Source: an uncultured Bacilli bacterium
GTDB taxonomy: Bacteria > Bacillota_I > Bacilli_A > RF39 > UBA660
DNA: 55,742 nt
NCBI GenBank assembly: GCA_944372415.1
Contig: CALVZA010000014.1
Location: forward strand, 1 to 55,742
Reading direction: 5' to 3'
Made by a program: the position numbers and the translations under genes. Below the pieces are notes generated by a model. That model searched no databases. It was given only the letters and a program-made list of their open reading frames with translations, and was not told the DNA's origin. Within the stretch, counting starts at the first letter, position 1. Each line of letters opens with the position of its first letter. Below are positions 1 through 10,205 of the stretch, piece after piece.

Positions 1-81
1 TGTATTTTTTAGCATTTTTTTTAGCTTTTTTAGCAATTTTTCACTTTTTTCAAAATTTGTCAAATCCTTTTGTATCAAGGG

Positions 82-1299
82 TTACAAGTGTTCTTTCAAA
101 ATCATAGCAACCACGCATTCGACGTGAAATGTATTACTAAACATATCTAATAAATATATTTTTTCAATATTATAAATATCTTTTAACTGATTTAAATCTC
201 TTGCTAAACTTATAGGATTACAAGAAACATATAATATTCTTTTAGCTTTAAAACTCATCACATCCCTAACCATATCTTTAACTAATCCAGTTCTTGGAGG
301 ATCAATTATTAAAGTATCGATATCATCTTTAATATACTTATATGCGTTGCTACTATCAGAACAAATATAATAACTATTTTTTATATTATTTAACTTAGAA
401 TTATTTATAGCATCTAAAATACTATTTTTATTTATTTCAACGCCATATATCTTATCAAATTTATATTCTATTACTTGCCCTAAAAAACCAACACCACAAT
501 ATAAATCAAGTAATACTTTACCAACACAGTTTTTGTTTATTATATTAATCATTTCTTTAGTTACCATATAATTAACTTGAAAAAAAGAATTATAATTAAC
601 TTTAAAAAACTTATTATTAAATTTTTCTATAAAATAATTTTCTCCATAATATTTTATATCGTTAATAATTATTCCAACTAACTTAATATGTGTTTTTAAA
701 TTATCTATATCAACAAAAACTTCTTCATTAGTAGTTATATTTATTAATATTTCATCATTATAATTACTTCTAATAACAATACTACCATTATTCAATTTAA
801 AATATTTTTTATATTTAATAACTTTATTAATTGAAGATTTAGCAATTAAACATTTATCTATAGAAATAAAATCATGAGTACTATTATTATAATAACCCCA
901 TAATCCATTATTAACTTTTAAATCTACTTTATTTCTATACTCAAAATTATTTTTATTTTTTATAACTTCTATATCATTATCTATACTTGCATATTTAAAT
1001 AAAATATTTTTTAACTTATTGTATTTATATTCAAGTTGATCACTATAACTCATATGAAGTAAATTACATCCTCCACATTTATCATAATAAGGACAATTAA
1101 CATAAATTCTTTTAGAACTTTTTTTTATGTATTTAATAACATTACCTATAAAATATTTAGTAGTTTCTTTTACTATTACTATATCTACTATTTCTCCTAC
1201 TAAAGCATTAGGAATAAAAACGATTTTATTATTAATATAACCTATTCCACGAGCTTGATCATCTAGTCTTAATATTTCTATATTATTTTTTATATTCAT
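82..1299 (-). CDS. rlmD: 23S rRNA (uracil-C5)-methyltransferase RlmD/RumA family
   Basis: N-terminal TRAM domain, 4Fe-4S motif CPYYDKCGGC, SFFQVN, LDLYCGVG, IDPPRTG, YVSCNP, HVECV. Confidence 0.92.
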   Translation of the reverse strand: MNIKNNIEILRLDDQARGIGYINNKIVFIPNALVGEIVDIVIVKETTKYFIGNVIKYIKKSSKRIYVNCPYYDKCGGCNLLHMSYSDQLEYKYNKLKNILFKYASIDNDIEVIKNKNNFEYRNKVDLKVNNGLWGYYNNSTHDFISIDKCLIAKSSINKVIKYKKYFKLNNGSIVIRSNYNDEILINITTNEEVFVDIDNLKTHIKLVGIIINDIKYYGENYFIEKFNNKFFKVNYNSFFQVNYMVTKEMINIINKNCVGKVLLDLYCGVGFLGQVIEYKFDKIYGVEINKNSILDAINNSKLNNIKNSYYICSDSSNAYKYIKDDIDTLIIDPPRTGLVKDMVRDVMSFKAKRILYVSCNPISLARDLNQLKDIYNIEKIYLLDMFSNTFHVECVVAMILKEHL

Positions 1300-1999
1300 A
1301 TAATTTTTTAACTTCTTTAATAGATAATTTTCTATATTCCCCGCTTTTTAATCCATTTAAATTTAAAAAAACATACTCTATTCTAGTTAATTTATCTACT
1401 AAATACCCCAATTTCATAAATACTTTTTTTATAATATGATTACGGCCTTCTATAATAGATATTTCTACTATACTATAATCTTTTTCCTTATTATTAGTTT
1501 TTATTTTAACACGAGTAGGAATACATTTAACTCCATCTATTTCTATACCTTTCTCTAATTTTTTTAAATCATCTATCATAAAAAATCTATTTAATTTAGC
1601 AACATATTTTTTTTCTATACCATTTTTAGGATGCATTAAATTATTGGCTAAATCTCCATCATTAGTTAAAATTAAAATACCTGTTGTATCATAATCTAAT
1701 CTACCTACTGGATAAATACGTTTATCTGTATCAATTAAATCTACTACAGTTTTTCGTCCCAATTCATCATTAACAGAACTTATTACACCTCTAGGTTTAT
1801 TTAACAAGTAATAAACTTTATCTTCTTCTAATTTTAAAATGTTTCCATTAACTTCTATAGCGTCATTTAAATTTACTTTAGTTCCAAGTTCAGTAACTTT
1901 TCTTCCATTAACATAAACTTTTCCTAAACTAATTAATTCTTCTGCTTTTCTTCTTGAACAGTATCCACTATTTGCTATAACTTTCTGTAATCTTTCCAT
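1283..1999 (-). CDS. rluB: 23S rRNA pseudouridine synthase (RsuA/RluB family); probable start MERLQK at 1999
   Basis: S4 domain ERLQKVIANSGYCSRRKAEE, GRLDYDTTG catalytic motif, EGRNH; follows spmB as in Bacillus. Confidence 0.9.
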   Translation of the reverse strand: MERLQKVIANSGYCSRRKAEELISLGKVYVNGRKVTELGTKVNLNDAIEVNGNILKLEEDKVYYLLNKPRGVISSVNDELGRKTVVDLIDTDKRIYPVGRLDYDTTGILILTNDGDLANNLMHPKNGIEKKYVAKLNRFFMIDDLKKLEKGIEIDGVKCIPTRVKIKTNNKEKDYSIVEISIIEGRNHIIKKVFMKLGYLVDKLTRIEYVFLNLNGLKSGEYRKLSIKEVKKLYEYKK

Positions 2000-2043
2000 A
2001 AAAAACCAACTTTCTGTAAGTATTTTATCATATATAATTAAAT

Positions 2044-2068
2044 AAAAAAATAGTGATTTAACACTATT
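2044..2068 (-). terminator. Intrinsic terminator after spmB
   Basis: Minus-strand hairpin AATAGTG-TTAAAT-CACTATT followed by a U-run. Confidence 0.6.
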
Positions 2069-2091
2069 CAAAATAATAAACTTTTAAATTA

Positions 2092-2613
2092 TTAATAAAA
2101 GAATAAATACACAAGTAAAAAACTCATAACTATACCTACAAAATCTGCAAATAATCCTACTGGTAATGCATATCTAGTCTTTTTAATACCTATACTTCCA
2201 AAATATAATGCTAATACATAAAAAGTAGTATCAGTAGAACCTTGTATGGTACTAGCTAATCTTCCCATTAAAGAATCTGGTCCAAAATTAGAAAATATAT
2301 TATCCATAATAGCTAAACTTGCATTTCCAGAAATAGGTCTAAAAAAAGCCATTGAAATTATATCTGTACTTAAATTATACCTACTAAGTGCTGGATTTAA
2401 AAAAGAACTTATATAATCAATAAAACCACTTTTTATTAATAAATTAACAGCAAAAATCATTGCTAATATATTTGGAAAAATACTAACGCAGGTTTTAAGA
2501 CCTTCTAATACACCTTTTAAAAAAGAATCATAAATATTTATCTTACTTTTATAACCATATATAACTATAATTAAAACAATAATAGGTAATATTACTATAC
2601 TAACTGTTGCCAT
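2092..2613 (-). CDS. spmB: Spore maturation protein B
   Basis: YDSFLKG, RPISGNAS, GSTDTTFYVLALYFGSIGIKKTRYA; directly follows spmA. Confidence 0.92.
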   Translation of the reverse strand: MATVSIVILPIIVLIIVIYGYKSKINIYDSFLKGVLEGLKTCVSIFPNILAMIFAVNLLIKSGFIDYISSFLNPALSRYNLSTDIISMAFFRPISGNASLAIMDNIFSNFGPDSLMGRLASTIQGSTDTTFYVLALYFGSIGIKKTRYALPVGLFADFVGIVMSFLLVYLFFY

Positions 2614-3184
2614 TTTTTCTCCTTATAAAATAATCTAATAACAAACCTGCTATACAAGATGAAAATGTAGCTAATATACATGTAGGAATAACTTCAGTAG
2701 GTGCTGCACTACCATGAAGAACACGAAGTGATATGATAGTAGTAGGTATTATTGTAACACCACCAGTATTTAATACTAAAAAAGTAATCATTGCTGTACT
2801 AGCCGTATCTTTTTTATCATTAATTTTTTGTAGTTCCTTCATTGCTTTTAAACCACAAGGAGTTGCTGCACTACCAAGACCAGCCATATTAATAGCAACA
2901 TTACTCGCAATAAGTCCTAGTGCTTCATTATCTTTAGGTACGCTTGGAAATAACTTATTTAGGACAAAACTTAACTTACGCGCAACAAATTTTAATAAAC
3001 CACTATCTTCTGCAATCCTCATTAACCCCATCCATAAAGCAAGCATTGGTAACATTTCTAACATTAAATTAACTGCATTTTTACCACTGACTATTATTTC
3101 ATTATTAATTAAATCTACTTTACCATTAAAAAAACTAAATATAATTCCAATGATTATAAATACTCCCCAAATAACATTTACCAT
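2600..3184 (-). CDS. spmA: Spore maturation protein A
   Basis: MVNVIW, LWMGLMRIAEDSGL, NMAGLGSAATPCGLKAMKELQ, FLVLNT. Confidence 0.92.
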   Translation of the reverse strand: MVNVIWGVFIIIGIIFSFFNGKVDLINNEIIVSGKNAVNLMLEMLPMLALWMGLMRIAEDSGLLKFVARKLSFVLNKLFPSVPKDNEALGLIASNVAINMAGLGSAATPCGLKAMKELQKINDKKDTASTAMITFLVLNTGGVTIIPTTIISLRVLHGSAAPTEVIPTCILATFSSCIAGLLLDYFIRRKNGNS

Positions 3185-3193
3185 TAAATCATC

Positions 3194-4252
3194 CTAATCT
3201 ATATGAAAAAATTGTTTTAATTTATCAAAAAAACTAACCTTATTTTCTTTATCTTTTTCAAATATTTCATATATATATTCTTTAACTAAAACATCATTAT
3301 TTAACTTTACTAACATATAACCAACTATATCACTAACATTATCATCATAGATTACTATTTCTTTATTAATTTTCTTATACTCATCATTAGTTAGCGTTAA
3401 ATATCTATCATTTTTTATATAATATTTTTTATCACTCAAATCTTCCTTATTCTTATCTATTACTTTATAGCTTTTATATTTTTTAAAATATTCTTCATAC
3501 AAGTTTTCATGATCTTTAAAATCATTTGGATCATTTAATGTTACTATTACAAAATTCATATTATCTTTACTTGCTGTTGTAACCAAAGTACGTCTTGCTT
3601 TTTCTGTAAATCCAGTTTTACCACCAGTACAATATTTATAATTTTTAAGTAATTTATTTTTGTTATACCATAAATAAGTTTTATAATTAGTTTTAACTGT
3701 TTTTTCTTTAGTACTTACAATAGTTCTAAATAACTTATTTTTCATTGCATAACTCATCAATATTGCCATATCATAACTAGTACTCATATTCCCTTTACCA
3801 TTATCATTTTCTAGCCCACTTGAATTTATAAAAGTAGTTCTTTTCATTCCAATATTTTTAGCAGTTTCATTCATAAGAGAAACAAAACTTTCCATTGAAC
3901 CACCAACATAATTAGCAATTTGTATTGCAGCATCATTTCCACTTCTAAGCATTAATCCATATAATAAATTTTCTAAACTCATCTTCTCTCCAACCTCTAC
4001 ATAAATACCACTACCATAACTTTTTAAAACACTTTTATCTATTTTAACTATATCACTAATATTTGAATTGTTTATAGCAACTATAGCAGTCATAATCTTA
4101 CTTATAGATGCTATTAATCTAGGATCATTTTGATTATATGAATAAAGTACTCTATTAGTATCCATATCCATTAAAGTAACACTACTAGCACTTAATGCTT
4201 TTGTATTAATAGGAATTATAATTAATAAAAGAAAAAACATATATTTCTTCAT
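3194..4252 (-). CDS. dacB: D-alanyl-D-alanine carboxypeptidase (S11), sporulation DacB-like
   Basis: Signal peptide, SxxK (ASISK), SxN (SGND), KTG (GKTGFT), C-terminal amphipathic FFDKLKQFF; upstream of spmAB. Confidence 0.85.
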   Translation of the reverse strand: MKKYMFFLLLIIIPINTKALSASSVTLMDMDTNRVLYSYNQNDPRLIASISKIMTAIVAINNSNISDIVKIDKSVLKSYGSGIYVEVGEKMSLENLLYGLMLRSGNDAAIQIANYVGGSMESFVSLMNETAKNIGMKRTTFINSSGLENDNGKGNMSTSYDMAILMSYAMKNKLFRTIVSTKEKTVKTNYKTYLWYNKNKLLKNYKYCTGGKTGFTEKARRTLVTTASKDNMNFVIVTLNDPNDFKDHENLYEEYFKKYKSYKVIDKNKEDLSDKKYYIKNDRYLTLTNDEYKKINKEIVIYDDNVSDIVGYMLVKLNNDVLVKEYIYEIFEKDKENKVSFFDKLKQFFHID

Positions 4253-4267
4253 ACATTCACCTATAAA

Positions 4268-4275
4268 ATTGTATG
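4268..4275 (-). promoter_or_regulatory. Sigma-E-type -10 element (CATACAAT) upstream of dacB-spmAB
   Basis: Exact CATACAAT on the minus strand just upstream of the dacB RBS; dacB-spmAB is sigE-controlled in B. subtilis; -35 is poor. Confidence 0.55.
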
Positions 4276-4299
4276 AAAAAAAAGACTTAATTAGTCCTT
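4276..4299 (-). terminator. Intrinsic terminator after the 4324..4644 gene
   Basis: AAGGACT-AATTA-AGTCTT followed by a U-run on the minus strand. Confidence 0.5.
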
Positions 4300-4323
4300 A
4301 TATAAAACTTTTAATAAAACTAG

Positions 4324-4644
4324 TTACTTTAACTTGTTCTTAACTTTCTCTATTTTCTTAGTTAAATCATCATTATCTTCTTTTAAATCTTTTACTTTAT
4401 TTTTATATTCTTTTAACTCTTGATTACCCTCTTTTAACTTTTCACTAATTTCATTTACTTCCTTATTAAGTTTTTCTAACTTTTTATTCTCTTCTTTTAT
4501 TTTTATTATGTTACTATATCTATCATCATATATCTTACAAAACTTAATTCTATTACATATCATAAAAATAAAAAATGATATTAATATAATAGATATAAAC
4601 AAATATAAAAACAAAATAATTTTATTATTAACTATTCTTTTCAT
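4324..4644 (-). CDS. Single-TM coiled-coil protein
   Basis: N-terminal hydrophobic helix then K/E-rich heptad region; abuts the upstream peptidase gene. Confidence 0.7.
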   Translation of the reverse strand: MKRIVNNKIILFLYLFISIILISFFIFMICNRIKFCKIYDDRYSNIIKIKEENKKLEKLNKEVNEISEKLKEGNQELKEYKNKVKDLKEDNDDLTKKIEKVKNKLK

Positions 4645-5601
4645 CTAATAATAAATAGCTCTCTTTCCTAAAGAATTATATCTACTTTTAAAAGTATTTT
4701 TATCAAAATATCTTATCGTTCCAGTTAAAGTATCACTTGTAATAACTTGAATATCATTATAACCAATAACATTTATAGCGTGTAATCCACTAATCCATTC
4801 TATAACTTTATTAGTTTCTTTATAAATCCACCTATTACCATACGTAGGAATTTTTAAATTACTTGTAACCCATACAAGAACTGGTCTACCACTTTTAACT
4901 TTTTCTAAAACACTTTCAAAACTCATACCAGTTCCATTAATAATACCCCCTTTAAAACTATTAGCAATATTAAATATAGGCTTTTCATAAACTCCAAAGC
5001 TAGAACTATCAGTAGGATCACCAATAAACTCTATTTCTGGATTACCGCCATATCTAACTCCATTATCATAATAAGGTTTATCACCTTTAGGTAACTTATT
5101 TACAATATCTCTAACACTAACATTTACTCCATAATAATTTAATAATAAAGTTAATGCTACACTTTCACACTCTGTTGGATAACCTAAAGAATATTGATTT
5201 AATTTAGGAAAATTATCTATTATAAAAGTTGTTTCCTATATATATAGTTTTTCTTTATATTCTTTATATTGATTCTCTAATGTATTATTTTGTTGTTTTA
5301 AATTATCATACTCTTTTTTTATATTATCTATTTCTATCTCTATATTGCTTAATCTATCTATTAATTTTTTTGTATCAACCTCATCAATATCATTAATAGA
5401 AATATTTAAAATATCTACTATATTTTTTTTATAAGATTCATTTTGTTCTTTAATAAATTTTAGATATTCATCATAATTTTTAATTTCTAATGTATTATAA
5501 ATTTGTTTAGAATTCATATATTTTTTATTAACAAAGAAAAATATAATAATACTAATAAATAATATTGTCATAAATAATATAATAATAATTTTTTTCTTCA
5601 T
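4645..5601 (-). pseudogene. Membrane-anchored coiled-coil + C39-like (YvpB-type) cysteine peptidase, interrupted by one in-frame TAG at 5236-5238
   Basis: ORFs 5236..5613 and 4645..4926 share a frame; reading through TAG gives ETTFIIDNFPKLNQYSLGYPTECESVALTLLLNYYG...NPEIEFIGDP...GRPVLVWVT...HAINVIGYN...SD. Confidence 0.85.
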
Positions 5602-5641
5602 AAATACCACCATAGTATTATACTAGTATAATTATTTTAAG

Positions 5642-6391
5642 TTATATTATTAAATCTATTATATCCTTAAAGTAATTCATATTTAAAAAAACTATTAATA
5701 AACTACTAACTAAAAAAGGTCCAAAAGGTAACATATTATCTTTATTTTTAATTGTAATATATACTGCATATGGAAAAGCTAAAAAAGAGGCTAGTACTAT
5801 ATATAAAATACCAAACTTTATACCAAGTACCATTCCAGCAATAAAAGATAATTTAATATCTCCTCCACCTAAAGCTTCTTGTTTAAATGCAATATATCCA
5901 AATATTTTAAGTAAATATGCTACTCCAAATATAACTAATCCATATAATATTGATAATAAAGCACTCTCAATATCACTACTCATAATTTTTATTATAAATA
6001 TTAATATTGCACTTACTATCAATGGACTATCATTTATTATCATGTATTTTGAATCACTAACAAATATTATAATAACTAAACTAGAAATTATTACCGCTAT
6101 AAAAAAATCATAACTTATTCCAAAAACTTTATAACAAAGAGCAAATAAAGTACCACTTAACAACTCAGTAAGAAAATATATAAAACCAATAGGTTGTTTA
6201 CATTTACTACATAAACCTCCTAAAAATATATAACTTAATATTGGAACATTTTCATACCAGTTTAAAACATGACCACACTTTTCACAATGACTACCAGGTT
6301 TAACAATACTTCTTTCTTCTGGTAAACGAGTACCAACTACTCCGTAAAAAGAACCCATCATTGCTCCAATAATAAATATTAAATATAACAT
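5642..6391 (-). CDS. pilD: Prepilin peptidase/N-methyltransferase (A24A)
   Basis: GSF, PGSHCEKC and CSKC zinc motifs, SDSKYMII, LGGGDIKL, LPFGPFL. Confidence 0.92.
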   Translation of the reverse strand: MLYLIFIIGAMMGSFYGVVGTRLPEERSIVKPGSHCEKCGHVLNWYENVPILSYIFLGGLCSKCKQPIGFIYFLTELLSGTLFALCYKVFGISYDFFIAVIISSLVIIIFVSDSKYMIINDSPLIVSAILIFIIKIMSSDIESALLSILYGLVIFGVAYLLKIFGYIAFKQEALGGGDIKLSFIAGMVLGIKFGILYIVLASFLAFPYAVYITIKNKDNMLPFGPFLVSSLLIVFLNMNYFKDIIDLII

Positions 6392-6399
6392 AACATCAC

Positions 6400-8025
6400 C
6401 TAACTTATCTGTCCATATAAACTAAACATTGGAATAATAACAGATAATACAACACCGCCAACTACTACTGCTAAAAATATAATCATAATCGGTTCTATTA
6501 AAGACTTCAAAGAATTAATTATATTTCTATGTTCTTCTTGATAATAAACACTAACTTTTGCCATCATTTCAGAAAGTTCTCCTGTTGATTCACCTGTTAC
6601 AATCATATAATAAGCAACTTCAGGTATAGCCCAATTATCTTTAAAAGAAGTACTAATCTTCTCACCTACTGCTATATTATTTATTGTATTAAACATAATT
6701 TCTTTATATATTTCATTCTTAGTTATTCTACTTAATATCTCAATACTATCAGTTATAAAAACATTATTTTTTAATAAAGAAGCAAATGTTTTAGTAAATA
6801 TAGTCATCTCATTATAAATGATTATTTTACCAAATAAAGGTAAATGCATAGCAAATTTTTGTAATGAATATTTAACAGCCTTAACATTAATATATAAATA
6901 ATATATTATCATAACTATTATAACTAATCCTAATATAATATACATTATATTTCCCTTTAAAAAATCACTTGCACCTAAAACAAATAAAGTTAATCCATTT
7001 AATTCTACACCAGCTGATTCATAAATTCCCTGAAATTGTGGAACAACATATAATAAAATAAATGTAACAACTGCAATCGAAAATATAAAAACTGCTGTCG
7101 GATAAGTTAAAGCGCTTATCATTTGTTTTCTAGTAGCTTCTATCTCATTATAATAATTAGCCATATCATCCAATGTTTCTTCTAATTCCCCTGTTGCCTC
7201 TGCGGCTCTTATCATATTAACCAATAAAGATGGAAAAGCATTTCCCTGCTTATTTAAAGCTTCACTAAAACTCTCTCCCATTATTAACTGATAAACTATT
7301 GCATCAAATAAACGTTTTTTATATGGATCTTTTTTACCCATTTGCATACCTAAAATTCTCATAGAATCCGTTAAAGGTATTCCGCTTTTTAGATACGTAG
7401 ATAACTGTGTTAACCAAAATATCAAATCTTTAATCTTTAATTTTCTTTTTACAAATTGTTTCTGTCCATAAAACAATTCAATAAATTTGTTGTTTTCTAA
7501 CTTATAAACAGTATATCCCTCAGACTCTAAAAAATTAAAAACCTCTTGCTTAGTATAAGCAACTATATAACCAACAGTATCATGTCCATCGGAATCTTTA
7601 GCAGTATATTTATAAGTATTAGGATATTCTGTTCTTACATTATCTTGTTTACTTATTTCAGAAATTAAAATATCCCTTTCTTTTAACTTCTTTTCATTTA
7701 ATTTTTTTTGTTTTAAAGTTTCCTCTTTTTTCTTTTTCTTTAATTCAGCTTTATTCAAAGTCTGAGCTTCTTTAATTTCATTGTTCTTCTTTATTTTATC
7801 ATCAATAGTATCCATCTCTAAATTAACTGCTTTAATTACTTCTTTCTTTTCTTTTTTATTTTTATTATTTGCATATACTTTATAAATAGAAGAAGTAATT
7901 ATATTATAAATAATTATAAAAGGATATAAAATACCATATAAAGTATAGAAACACCCTAAACAAAAGTATTTAAAAGGAGATAATAATACAAAAAATATAT
8001 TTTTTTTACTTTTATTCTTCTTCAT
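6400..8025 (-). CDS. pilC: Type IV pilus platform protein PilC/T2SS-F with a long N-terminal extension
   Basis: YKYTAKDSDG start of the canonical region, QLSTYLKSGIPL, AAEATGEL, SALTYP, GESTGEL, LIEPIMI. Confidence 0.9.
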   Translation of the reverse strand: MKKNKSKKNIFFVLLSPFKYFCLGCFYTLYGILYPFIIIYNIITSSIYKVYANNKNKKEKKEVIKAVNLEMDTIDDKIKKNNEIKEAQTLNKAELKKKKKEETLKQKKLNEKKLKERDILISEISKQDNVRTEYPNTYKYTAKDSDGHDTVGYIVAYTKQEVFNFLESEGYTVYKLENNKFIELFYGQKQFVKRKLKIKDLIFWLTQLSTYLKSGIPLTDSMRILGMQMGKKDPYKKRLFDAIVYQLIMGESFSEALNKQGNAFPSLLVNMIRAAEATGELEETLDDMANYYNEIEATRKQMISALTYPTAVFIFSIAVVTFILLYVVPQFQGIYESAGVELNGLTLFVLGASDFLKGNIMYIILGLVIIVMIIYYLYINVKAVKYSLQKFAMHLPLFGKIIIYNEMTIFTKTFASLLKNNVFITDSIEILSRITKNEIYKEIMFNTINNIAVGEKISTSFKDNWAIPEVAYYMIVTGESTGELSEMMAKVSVYYQEEHRNIINSLKSLIEPIMIIFLAVVVGGVVLSVIIPMFSLYGQIS

Positions 8026-8188
8026 ATGTATCTCCTTCTATTCTTATCAACAATATTATAACATACAATAATTAATAACTGTAAAGTTTTTTATTAATTT
8101 ACATATAATTAATTGAGTATATTTATCTAAAAAAATACATTGCTCATAACTATATACATCTTAAATATAGAGAGGAATGATACTTTAT

Positions 8189-8482
8189 ATGAATAACGAT
8201 CCTACAACATTAACTAAAATATTAAGTGGTATTAATAATTCGTTAAATATTGCAAATAAAGCAATGCCACTTTATAAAGAAGCAAAACCCATTTTTAAAA
8301 CAATTACTAATACATATAAAAATATAAAAAATAATAGAAATGATTTAACTAACATAATAAAATTAATAAAAGTAAAAAACGCTATTAATAATGATTTAAA
8401 CAAAACTAAACTAATAGAAACACCTAAATTAATTACAAATAATACATATAGTAATAAAAATAACCCAACTTTCTTTATATAA
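8189..8482 (+). CDS. Small protein resembling the VrrA/YqfQ sporulation-associated family
   Basis: GAGGA RBS favours ATG at 8189; ILSGINNSLNIANKAMPLYKEAKPIF recalls the YqfQ core; C-terminus NNPTFFI. Confidence 0.5.
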   Translation: MNNDPTTLTKILSGINNSLNIANKAMPLYKEAKPIFKTITNTYKNIKNNRNDLTNIIKLIKVKNAINNDLNKTKLIETPKLITNNTYSNKNNPTFFI

Positions 8483-8495
8483 AAAAAGACTAGAA

Positions 8496-8837
8496 CTAAA
8501 CTAATTCTAATCTTACCATTAAAGCATCGTCTCCGATTCTTTCTTTTAATTTTATAATACGAGTATATCCACCATTACGAGACTCATATTTTGGTGCTAA
8601 TTCATTAAATATTTTGCTAACAACTGCTTTATCATTATGTAAGAAAGCTAAAGCCTGTCTACGACTAACTAAAGTACCTTTCTTTCCATAAGTAATCATT
8701 TTATCTACAAACTTACGAGCCTCTTTTGCTCTAGCCTCAGTTGTAACCACATAACCATGATTTATAACATCTTTAGTAATACCAGCCAATATGCTTCTTC
8801 TAATACGTGATTCTCTTCCTAATTTTCTATAAGCCAT
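8496..8837 (-). CDS. rplQ: 50S ribosomal protein L17
   Basis: MAYRKLGR, TTEARAKE, GGYTRIIK. Confidence 0.98.
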   Translation of the reverse strand: MAYRKLGRESRIRRSILAGITKDVINHGYVVTTEARAKEARKFVDKMITYGKKGTLVSRRQALAFLHNDKAVVSKIFNELAPKYESRNGGYTRIIKLKERIGDDALMVRLELV

Positions 8838-8848
8838 TATCTCACTCC

Positions 8849-9790
8849 TTACTCGTGGAACTTAAGTCCCATTTCTTTTACTTTATCAATTACTTCTTTT
8901 AATGATTTTTTGCCTAAATTACGTATCTTAGTAACTTCAACTTCTTTTTTATCAATTAAATCTTGCATAGTATTAATTCCTGCTCTTTTTAAACAGTTAT
9001 ATGCTCTAACACTAAATTCAATTTCTTCTATTGGAGTTTCTAAAGTTTTTGTAATTGTATCTACTTTTTTCTCTGCTATGATACCAGTAATATCTGAAAT
9101 TTGATTTAAGTCTGCTATTATATTTAAATGTTCAATTAAAATCTTACTCGCTAGAGCCATAGCCTCTTCAGGAGTCATTGATCCATTTGTATATACATTC
9201 ATTATTAATTTATCAAAATTTTCATTTTGTCCAACACGAGCACTTTCAACTTCATAAGATACTCTTTCAATTGGAGAATATAATGAATCTATAGGAATAA
9301 CACCTACACTAGCATTTTCTAATAATTCTTTATTTTGTTTAGAATCAACATATCCACGACCATTTCCAACAGTCATTTCAATATCAATTTTTCCTCCCTC
9401 AACTAAATTACAAATAACTAAATCAGGGTTAACAATTTCAATATCAGCATCATGTTCTATCATACTTGCAGTAACAGCGCCTTCACTATCAGCAAAAAGT
9501 CTCATAGTTTTATTAGAAGAAGTATGATTCTTAACAACTAAACTTTTTAAATTAATAATAATTGTAGTAACATCTTCTCTAATTCCATCAATTTTTTGGA
9601 ATTCATGTAAAACTCCATCAATTTTTACACTAGTTACAGCACTTCCAGGTAAACTAGAAAGCATGACTCTTCTTAAAGCATTACCAATAGTAGTTCCAAA
9701 ACCTCTTTCTAAAGGTTCTAATTCAAATTTTCCATAACTGTTTTTTTCAACATATTCAGTTATTTTATATTCTGGTTTCTCGAAATTCAT
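8849..9790 (-). CDS. rpoA: RNA polymerase alpha subunit
   Basis: EPLERGFGTTIGNALRRVMLSS, SVRAYNCLKRAGI. Confidence 0.99.
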   Translation of the reverse strand: MNFEKPEYKITEYVEKNSYGKFELEPLERGFGTTIGNALRRVMLSSLPGSAVTSVKIDGVLHEFQKIDGIREDVTTIIINLKSLVVKNHTSSNKTMRLFADSEGAVTASMIEHDADIEIVNPDLVICNLVEGGKIDIEMTVGNGRGYVDSKQNKELLENASVGVIPIDSLYSPIERVSYEVESARVGQNENFDKLIMNVYTNGSMTPEEAMALASKILIEHLNIIADLNQISDITGIIAEKKVDTITKTLETPIEEIEFSVRAYNCLKRAGINTMQDLIDKKEVEVTKIRNLGKKSLKEVIDKVKEMGLKFHE

Positions 9791-9801
9791 GATTTTCCTC
9801 C

Positions 9802-10185
9802 TTAATTTCTTGGACGTTTAGGTGGTCTACAACCATTATGTGGAACTGGTGTTTCATCGTTAATAGCAGTTATTTCAAGTCCAACAGCTTGTAATGAACG
9901 AATAGCATTTTCTCTTCCGCCACCCATTCCTCTAACAAATACTTCAACTTTTTTAACTCCAGAATCTAGTGCAACACGACCAGCTTGTTCAGCAGCCATT
10001 CCTGCAGCAAAAGGAGTTTTCTTTTTTGATCCCTTATAACCAATTGTACCTGCAGAAGCCCAACTAATTACATTACCTTCAACATCTGTAATAGATACAA
10101 CTGTATTATTATAAGTTGAATGAATATGCGCTTGACCTTCTGGAATATTTTTCTTTACTTTTCTTTTTCTTCTATTATAAGCCAT
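9802..10185 (-). CDS. rpsK: 30S ribosomal protein S11
   Basis: [28 protein letters not shown]. Confidence 0.98.
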   Translation of the reverse strand: MAYNRRKRKVKKNIPEGQAHIHSTYNNTVVSITDVEGNVISWASAGTIGYKGSKKKTPFAAGMAAEQAGRVALDSGVKKVEVFVRGMGGGRENAIRSLQAVGLEITAINDETPVPHNGCRPPKRPRN

Positions 10186-10205
10186 ATTTCTTTTCCTCCT
10201 AAATA

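Noticed and set aside
2733-3197. 154-aa plus-strand ORF
   Set aside because: Antisense shadow of spmA
5236-5238. Genome-wide TAG recoding or Mycoplasma code 4
   Set aside because: TAG and TGA terminate conserved genes at expected positions (rplQ and rpsS with TAG, map with TGA)
8044-8052. Single one-mismatch DnaA box upstream of pilC
   Set aside because: Isolated and expected by chance
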